A DNA stretch of 49,355 nucleotides from Fibrobacteria bacterium (lineage in GTDB: Bacteria; Fibrobacterota; Fibrobacteria; UBA11236), in NCBI GenBank assembly GCA_041746255.1, contig JBGTHM010000088.1, positions 1 to 49,355 of the forward strand, written 5' to 3'. Numbering within the stretch: position 1 is the stretch's first letter; each line of letters begins with the position of its first letter. A program made the position numbers and the translations under genes. The notes beneath the pieces are model-generated. The model searched no databases and had not been told where the DNA came from. It saw only the letters and a list, made by a program, of their open reading frames with translations. Positions 43,168 to 49,355 of the stretch are shown one piece after another.

Positions 43168-44708
43168 GAGGGTCTCTCGGTTTGGGTGTTCTCTGAGCCG
43201 CTGAATAACAGATCCATACTGTTTAATTGTCGCAATTTTTCCAGATCCGGATCACTCTGAAGTCGTTGCGAATCATGGAAACCGGCCTCCAACGCCTTTT
43301 TCAGATAATGCAAAGAGTCATCCAGGTTTTCCCGTCGCGCCTGTAAACAGGCGAGATTATAGAGGCAATCAGCGTCTCCTGGACGGTTCGCCAGGAAATC
43401 CTGCAATACTTCCAAAGCCTCTTCATGCCGGTTGAGATTGGAACATAAAGCCGCCAATTCATACGCAGCCGGACCGTTACGGGGGTCCAATTCCAGTGCC
43501 CGGCGAAGTCGTCTTTGCGCCAGTTCCCCCGCCCCGTTTTCGGCTAACATTTTTCCAAGCAGGGTGAGTGATTCCGGAGTCTCCCCTGCCCTCTCGAGGT
43601 GTTTTTCCAGCTGTCGTAAGGCCTCTTTTTTCTGCCCTACCTTCCACAGGCATCCGGTAAACAGTAGTCCGAATGCCGGAAACAGGTCTTCTTCGGGCAT
43701 TTCCTTCATGATCGCCAGGCAGCGTTCATAATCTTCCAATTCAAAAAGCAGTGCCAGACCCGAGTGCCTTTCTTCTTGGGACAAATCAATGCGTGAAAAT
43801 ACGCGATGCACCAATGCCCGGGCTTCGTCCGGCTCGGCTTCCAGCAGGCTCAGTTTTGCCAATCCGAGCAAGGAGGAAAGATGGTTGGGTTCGAGGTTCA
43901 TGGCGGTTCTGAATTCATCTCGGGCCAGGCGATATTCCGTTTCCCCGATAAAAGCCCGTCCCAACATATAATGGGTATCCGCTGAGTCAGGGGATAATCT
44001 AAGCGCCGCCTTGAGGGCGGTCTTGGCTTCGGTATTTTGAGCCAATTCGAGATGGATAAGCGCTTTATTCAGTAAAGCCGGACAATAGTTTTCATCCTTG
44101 CGAAGGCACATGGCATAATCGGCTAAAGCCTCGGTTTCCTGTCCCAATCGATATTTTGCATTGGCCCGATTGAATAATGCATCGACATAATCCGGAGCCT
44201 CCAAATAGGCGCGCTGAAAATAATCCAGCGCGTCCTCGAATCGTCTTTCCATGAAAGCGGTTTGGCCCAGGCAGTTGAGAAAGGCGGGGCGTCCGCTGAT
44301 TTCGGTATCCAAGGCCTGCTGGCAAAGCTGCTTAACTACCGATAATTCTTCGAGTTGTAACAAACAATTGGCGAGATTCAGCAAGGCATGGGAGTCCCGC
44401 GGATACTCCTTAAGATACTCCTCCAGCACCTCCCGAGCGGCGGTATAGTTATGGTGTGAAAAGAGGGCATTGGCGAGATTTACGCGGTATTCGGGCTTAT
44501 TCTCGATTTTCAAGGCTTGGCGAAAATACCGTTCCGCCACCATAAAATTTTTCTCAATTGCGGATAACTCCCCCATGGCATTGAAATACCGATCGCCCAG
44601 CATGCCGGCCCGCTCCAGTTTTTGCAATGTCTGCCGCATTCCGGAGGTAAGTCCTTGATTTTTCTGCTTTTCGAAGAGGTCCCACAGGGCTTTTTCCATG
44701 GCGTTCAT
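43164..44708 (-). CDS. Tetratricopeptide repeat protein
   Basis: Many TPRs (NLANAL.., ALFNRA.., HYMLGRA..) and terminal LYNLAC..ALEAGF...DPDL. Start moved to ATG 44708 because the tracked start at 44909 overlaps tRNA-Gln. Confidence 0.88.
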   Translation of the reverse strand: MNAMEKALWDLFEKQKNQGLTSGMRQTLQKLERAGMLGDRYFNAMGELSAIEKNFMVAERYFRQALKIENKPEYRVNLANALFSHHNYTAAREVLEEYLKEYPRDSHALLNLANCLLQLEELSVVKQLCQQALDTEISGRPAFLNCLGQTAFMERRFEDALDYFQRAYLEAPDYVDALFNRANAKYRLGQETEALADYAMCLRKDENYCPALLNKALIHLELAQNTEAKTALKAALRLSPDSADTHYMLGRAFIGETEYRLARDEFRTAMNLEPNHLSSLLGLAKLSLLEAEPDEARALVHRVFSRIDLSQEERHSGLALLFELEDYERCLAIMKEMPEEDLFPAFGLLFTGCLWKVGQKKEALRQLEKHLERAGETPESLTLLGKMLAENGAGELAQRRLRRALELDPRNGPAAYELAALCSNLNRHEEALEVLQDFLANRPGDADCLYNLACLQARRENLDDSLHYLKKALEAGFHDSQRLQSDPDLEKLRQLNSMDLLFSGSENTQTERPS

Positions 44709-44895
44709 GCAGGCAATGATACCATGCCCGGGATTGAAAAAGAAATGCAGGATGGGAGTTTTCTGGAGGAATATGCCAGGAAGGCTCATCCCATACGGGG
44801 GCGATAAGGAGCATCCAGAGAACGCTTTGGCTAAAAAGCGTTCAAAAATGAAGTTTTGGGCGAAATCGGGTCTGCTCGGGAATTCAACGCGGAAA

Positions 44896-44969
44896 TGGCT
44901 GGGATGCAAGGATTCGAACCTCGATAGCCAGATCCAGAAACTGGTGTCCTACCATTGGACGACATCCCA
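44896..44969 (-). tRNA. tRNA-Gln (CTG)
   Basis: TGGGATGTCGTCCAATGGTAGGACACCAGTTTCTGGATCTGGCTATCGAGGTTCGAATCCTTGCATCCCAGCCA; upstream TTGATC-N17-TAGAAT promoter. Confidence 0.95.
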
Positions 44970-45287
44970 ACAAGCCAGAATTCTACATAAACTGCTCAAA
45001 AAGATCAATGCATTCTGGATGGGAATCCAGTAGAATAAAGGTATGGAACACGTTGGCATAGCATTTAATCCAAGGCTCAGTAGTCTCATCGGTGATGCCT
45101 TGCAGAGTACTCCCCGGTGGGGAGGCATTGTATTTTCCAACCTAAGCGGAAGGAGTGAACTTATATGCCAACGTTTATTCCTGCTGCTCCCGTCAATCCA
45201 TAAAATGAAAAGGACAGCTGGTCGATTTTTTCGGCTACTTTATCCATATAGGGCGGCCTGGGCCTACCCGCAGCAAAAGAGGATGCC

Positions 45288-45473
45288 ATGAAAAAGATTC
45301 CTTCCTCATTCGACTCGAAGGATAAGATTCCCTTTCTTCACGGACGGCCGGATCGTGAAATTGGAATCACCAAAGATGACGTTCTCAATCTTGCCATTGC
45401 ATTGGCCACGGCCGGGGATGTTTTGAAACTATTTGATGACAAACACCTCTTCCGCCAACCCAAGGTTGGTTAA
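45288..45473 (+). CDS. Small hypothetical protein (61 aa)
   Basis: RBS AGAGGA, protein-like amphipathic segment, followed by a perfect 9-bp hairpin at 45486-45507. Confidence 0.55.
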   Translation: MKKIPSSFDSKDKIPFLHGRPDREIGITKDDVLNLAIALATAGDVLKLFDDKHLFRQPKVG

Positions 45474-45626
45474 CGTCCCTGTCCTGCGCCGGCCTCCCGG
45501 CCGGCGCCATTATCCGGTCTGCCCCCGGCTTGTCCTAGCGGCGACTTAAGCTATTTTTCCCGCTGTCTAAATCCTTTTTCCACTTGAAAATTTTTCAGAA
45601 AGGCGGATGCGATCCCTATTTTTGCA

Positions 45627-47399
45627 TTGAGTCCCAGGAGCCGGAATCGTTGGAGGTTTCTGCAACCTTACCTTGGACGTTATAGGCTTCCCATTCTGGC
45701 GGGAATGGCGGCCGCAGCCGTATCCACCGGCCTCGATCAAGTATCCCCCTGGATGCTGAAGGTCATATTGGACCGACTCCAGGAAGGAACCACTCTGTCC
45801 GGGCTCTATGCCCCCATCGGCGCGGTGCTCGCCTCCACTTTGGTGGGAGGTACCCTACTTTATTTTCAAAGGTTGTGGGTGATTCAAGGTTCACGCCACA
45901 TCGAATACGATTTGCGTACGGAACTTTTCGGGAGTCTGGCCCGGCAGCCTAAAGCTTTTTTCGATACGCAGTCCATCGGCGACATCATGTCGAAATCCAC
46001 CAACGACCTCGATCGATTGCGGGATATGGTGGGTCCCGTTATTCTGCATCTGGTGCGCATGCTGTGCCTTTTCGCCTACACCACCCTGGCGCTTTTCCTA
46101 TTACATCCCAAGCTGGCCTTGGTCGGTTTGCTGCCGGCGCTGCTCATGCCGGTACTGGCCAATGTTTTCTTGATGCGCATGTACAAACTTTTCGGTGGCA
46201 TCCAAAGCAACCTTTCGTCCCTCAACACTTTCGTGCAGGACACGATTTCCGGAATCCAGGTGGTGAAGGCTTATGGCAAGGAGGATGCCTTTTTCCGGAA
46301 GTTTTCCTCCGCTTCCCAAGGAGTGCGCGACGCCTCGCTCAAAGTGGCCTATTATAATTCCTTGTTATGGCCGGCCATCGGCGTTTTGGGAGCGTTGAGC
46401 ATTGCGCTCGTGGCCTGGGTGGGGGGGCTCATGGCCATCAAGGGAGAAATTACCATAGGTACCCTTTCGGCTGCCGTAATCTACCTGTTACGTCTGCAAT
46501 TTCCCTTGGTGGGGCTGGGTTGGGTGGCCAGCATGATTCAAAGGGCGAACGTCTCCCTCGATCGCTTGATGGAACTTCGCAACGCCTTTCTGAAAAAAGA
46601 CCCGGAAATCTTGAACCATCCCCGGATCGAAATTCCGAGACCCGAGCGGGATTTCGGTTCTATCCGCCTGAAAAATCTGCATTTCAGTTTCACCGGCGGG
46701 CCTCCCGTTTTACAAGGGATAACCTTGAATTTGCCTGCAGGGTCCTCGCTGGGAATCGTGGGACCGCTGGGCGCGGGAAAAACCACTTTGTTACAACTGC
46801 TTTGCGGCATCTATCAGCCCTCCCCCTTTTCCTTATCTTTGCACGACAAGCCTCGGGAAGAATATCCCGACGAGGTTTGGAAAAGTTTTTACTCATACGC
46901 TCCCCAAGACGGATTTTTGTTTTCCAAAAGCATCCGACAGAATATTGAACTGGGGCATACTGAAGACAGCCCCTATGGCGTCGAGAAAGCCGTGGAGCTG
47001 GCCGCCTTGACCAAGGATTTAGGCCAAATCCCCGGAGGACTGGAGGCTCTACTCGGTGAAAAGGGGATTAATCTCAGCGGGGGCCAAAGGCAACGCGTGG
47101 GCTTGGCGCGTGCATTGGCGGCTAACGCTCCCATTCTATGTCTCGACGATACGCTTTCGGCTCTCGATACCGAAACCGAAACCGAGGTATTGGCGAATTT
47201 GCGTGAAAAATTCGATCGTCAAACTCTTATCATCGTTGCCCACCGTTATTCCGCGGTAATGCATTGCGATCATATCATCTACCTCGATAAAGGCCGGATA
47301 CTCGAAGAGGGTACTCATGAAGAATTGCTCCTTTTGCAAGGGGCTTATTTCCAAGTATGGGAAAAACAAAAAATCGGCAGCTCGTTGGAGGAAGTATGA
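45627..47399 (+). CDS. ABC exporter TMD-NBD subunit A (MdlA/YheI-like)
   Basis: GDIMSKSTND, Walker A GPLGAGKT, LSGGQRQR, degenerate Walker B LCLDD, AHR. Confidence 0.92.
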   Translation: MSPRSRNRWRFLQPYLGRYRLPILAGMAAAAVSTGLDQVSPWMLKVILDRLQEGTTLSGLYAPIGAVLASTLVGGTLLYFQRLWVIQGSRHIEYDLRTELFGSLARQPKAFFDTQSIGDIMSKSTNDLDRLRDMVGPVILHLVRMLCLFAYTTLALFLLHPKLALVGLLPALLMPVLANVFLMRMYKLFGGIQSNLSSLNTFVQDTISGIQVVKAYGKEDAFFRKFSSASQGVRDASLKVAYYNSLLWPAIGVLGALSIALVAWVGGLMAIKGEITIGTLSAAVIYLLRLQFPLVGLGWVASMIQRANVSLDRLMELRNAFLKKDPEILNHPRIEIPRPERDFGSIRLKNLHFSFTGGPPVLQGITLNLPAGSSLGIVGPLGAGKTTLLQLLCGIYQPSPFSLSLHDKPREEYPDEVWKSFYSYAPQDGFLFSKSIRQNIELGHTEDSPYGVEKAVELAALTKDLGQIPGGLEALLGEKGINLSGGQRQRVGLARALAANAPILCLDDTLSALDTETETEVLANLREKFDRQTLIIVAHRYSAVMHCDHIIYLDKGRILEEGTHEELLLLQGAYFQVWEKQKIGSSLEEV

Positions 47400-49237
47400 C
47401 CGCTTCCCCCCACCCTCCTCAACCTTCCACATCGACAGTAACTGCCATTCCTGGAAAAAGCGCGGGTTCCGGTGGAAAACGGCGCGACTATTTACATGAA
47501 GACCGAACCGCACACTTTTTGGATCGGCGGCTTTGGGGCCGTTTTATCGGCTTGGCCGCCGGACATCGCTGGTTGGCTGTAGCATCCTTCATTTTATTGA
47601 TGATTGCTGAATTTCTGCCTCTTTTGCAGCCCGCTTTGTTCCGTCGCATGATTGACGGTCCCATACAGCAAGGCCGTACGGATGGCTTGTGGGTCTATAT
47701 CGGGGCGTTTTTCCTGATTGTGGTGGCGACCGGCGTGCTCGAGTATTTGAAAGCCATCGCCAGCCAAAATCTCGGCCTTCGCATCATCCATAAATTGCGT
47801 TTGGAAGTCTATCGCAGGCTGCAGCATTTTCGCATGGATTTTTTCCACCGTACCCCCGTTGGCCGGCTTATGACCCGATTGGGTAACGACATCGACAGCC
47901 TGAACAGTATGTTTACCGAAGGATTGATTGAGCTTTTGGGCGCCTTATTGATGATTGGAATGGCGGTTGTCTTCATGTTGTATATGGATTGGCGCTTGGC
48001 GTTGGCCTCCTTGGCGGTGCTGCCTTTCATGGTTTTCGCAACTTCGGTCTTCCGGGTGAAGGTTCGCAAGGTCAACGTGGAAATACGCAAGTGGCTGGCC
48101 CAGCTCAATTCCACCATGCAGGAAAGCCTGGCGGGCATCCATGTGGTGCAGGTTTTCGGTAAAGAAAAAAGTCAGTTCGAAGAATTCGATCGGGTCAACA
48201 AACAGGTGCGCCAAGGCTGGCTCCGCAATGTCAAATATTATGCCTTGTTCTTTCCGGGAATCTCGGGATTGACGGAATTGGCTTTGGCCGCTCTGTATTT
48301 TTTCGGTGGGTATTTGTTTTTGCGCGATGAAGTCAGTTTGGGAACTCTGGTCGCTTTATCCTGGTACACCGGGATGTTTTTCCGTCCTTTACGCGAACTG
48401 AGCGATAAAATCACCACCCTGCAAACGGCCATGGCTGCGGGAGAACGGGTTTTTACCCTATATGATACCGAAGCCTCGCTTCCTTCCGGCGACAAGGAAA
48501 AGAGTCTGTCCCGATTGCGAGTGGATTTTGAACATGTCCATTTCGAATATGAAAAAGGTCAACCTGTACTGGTCGACGTTTCCTTCACGGTCTCGGAAGG
48601 CGAATCGGTTGCCATCGTGGGGGCGACCGGTTCCGGAAAATCAACGGTATTGGGATTGCTCAACAAATTCTACCTGCCGAATTCCGGTCGTGTGCTTTTA
48701 AATGGCATACCCGTACAGGAATATAAGGAAGCGGCACTGCGTTCGGATATGGGTTTCATTCCCCAGGATGTCTATTTATTCGCGGAGAGTGTGGCCTTCA
48801 ATGTGGCGCTTTCGCCGGATTTTGATTTGCAGAGAGTCGAAGAGGTTTGTCGCCATGTCCATGCCCATGGATTTATCAGCGACATGAAGGAAGGCTATGC
48901 GACGCGTTTACGGGAACGGGGCGAAAATTTATCGGCTGGGCAGAGGCAATTGCTGGCTTTCGCCCGGGCCCTATACCACAAACCACGTCTTTTGCTGCTG
49001 GATGAGGCCACTTCTTCCGTAGACACCCAAACGGAAGGCCTCGTTCAGGACGCGCTCGGGCGAATTCTACAGGAAACCACCTCGATTATCGTGGCCCATC
49101 GGCTTTCAACCATCCAAAATGCCGATAAAATCCTGGTTATGCACCGGGGTCAAATCCGGGAAGCCGGAACCCATGCCGAATTATTGAAGCAGGAGGGCAT
49201 TTATTGGAAGCTTTACCAAATCCAAAGTTTTGAATGA
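47396..49237 (+). CDS. ABC exporter TMD-NBD subunit B (MdlB/YheH-like)
   Basis: GRLMTRL.ND, GATGSGKST, LSAGQRQLL, LLDEATSSVD, AHRLSTI; ATGA overlap at 47396. Confidence 0.93.
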   Translation: MTASPHPPQPSTSTVTAIPGKSAGSGGKRRDYLHEDRTAHFLDRRLWGRFIGLAAGHRWLAVASFILLMIAEFLPLLQPALFRRMIDGPIQQGRTDGLWVYIGAFFLIVVATGVLEYLKAIASQNLGLRIIHKLRLEVYRRLQHFRMDFFHRTPVGRLMTRLGNDIDSLNSMFTEGLIELLGALLMIGMAVVFMLYMDWRLALASLAVLPFMVFATSVFRVKVRKVNVEIRKWLAQLNSTMQESLAGIHVVQVFGKEKSQFEEFDRVNKQVRQGWLRNVKYYALFFPGISGLTELALAALYFFGGYLFLRDEVSLGTLVALSWYTGMFFRPLRELSDKITTLQTAMAAGERVFTLYDTEASLPSGDKEKSLSRLRVDFEHVHFEYEKGQPVLVDVSFTVSEGESVAIVGATGSGKSTVLGLLNKFYLPNSGRVLLNGIPVQEYKEAALRSDMGFIPQDVYLFAESVAFNVALSPDFDLQRVEEVCRHVHAHGFISDMKEGYATRLRERGENLSAGQRQLLAFARALYHKPRLLLLDEATSSVDTQTEGLVQDALGRILQETTSIIVAHRLSTIQNADKILVMHRGQIREAGTHAELLKQEGIYWKLYQIQSFE

Positions 49238-49268
49238 TGCCCTGGATAAGCATAAAAGGGTCATACAG

Positions 49269-49296
49269 TTGATTTCCGCCTGAATATTCCTATAAT
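49269..49296 (+). promoter_or_regulatory. sigma70-type promoter of tRNA-Ser
   Basis: TTGATT-N16-TATAAT, 11 nt before the tRNA. Confidence 0.65.
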
Positions 49297-49307
49297 TGAC
49301 CTTCGTT

Positions 49308-49355
49308 AGAGAGATGTCCGAGTGGTTTAAGGTACATGCTTGGAAAGCATGTTGG
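49308..49355 (+). tRNA. tRNA-Ser (GGA), truncated by the window end
   Basis: AGAGAGATGTCCGAGTGGTTTAAGG..ACATGC-TTGGAAA-GCATGT anticodon arm. Confidence 0.88.

Noticed and set aside
44709..44909. N-terminal extension of the TPR ORF as given in the ORF track
   Set aside because: It overlaps tRNA-Gln and does not look protein-like; ATG 44708 or 44699 is more plausible.
45053..45070. TGGCA motifs as further sigma54 promoters (45054 on +, about 41693 on -)
   Set aside because: No GC at the -12 position with GG-N10-GC spacing.
1..49355. CRISPR array, prophage or rRNA genes
   Set aside because: No regularly spaced short repeats, cas genes, phage structural genes or rRNA-like sequence seen; the 16.2-16.5 kb repeat has only two long copies.

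Overview
Bacterial chromosomal segment from a probably flagellated diderm; gene content is loosely reminiscent of Fibrobacterota or deltaproteobacteria-like lineages (inference only). Core genes are leuCD-pepP, a pilB-pilT-pilC-pilS-like type IV pilus cluster running into a STAS anti-anti-sigma gene and flgM, and tandem spoVG genes plus comM behind a sigma54-type promoter. Also present are a fatty-acid desaturase/SGNH pair, a sigma28-driven flagellin, tmRNA, a secreted clan-A-like glycoside hydrolase, an SPFH/zinc-ribbon pair, a GldA/F/G-like ABC operon, pdhABC-lpdA with a lipoate ligase, a heterodimeric ABC exporter, tRNA-Gln and a partial tRNA-Ser. There are two accessory regions. (i) At about 12.4-16.6 kb, a decayed IS3 lies next to a split GSU2403-type nucleotidyltransferase two-gene module whose promoter/operator is tandemly duplicated. 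(ii) A 1.7-kb islet sits in the tmRNA 3' end, with its P4-like integrase collapsed to a 35-codon relic and carrying a zeta-like kinase plus small partner. A convincing Xer dif site at 41766-41793 is flanked by DnaA-box-like 9-mers. All calls come from motif recognition by eye; no database searches were run.
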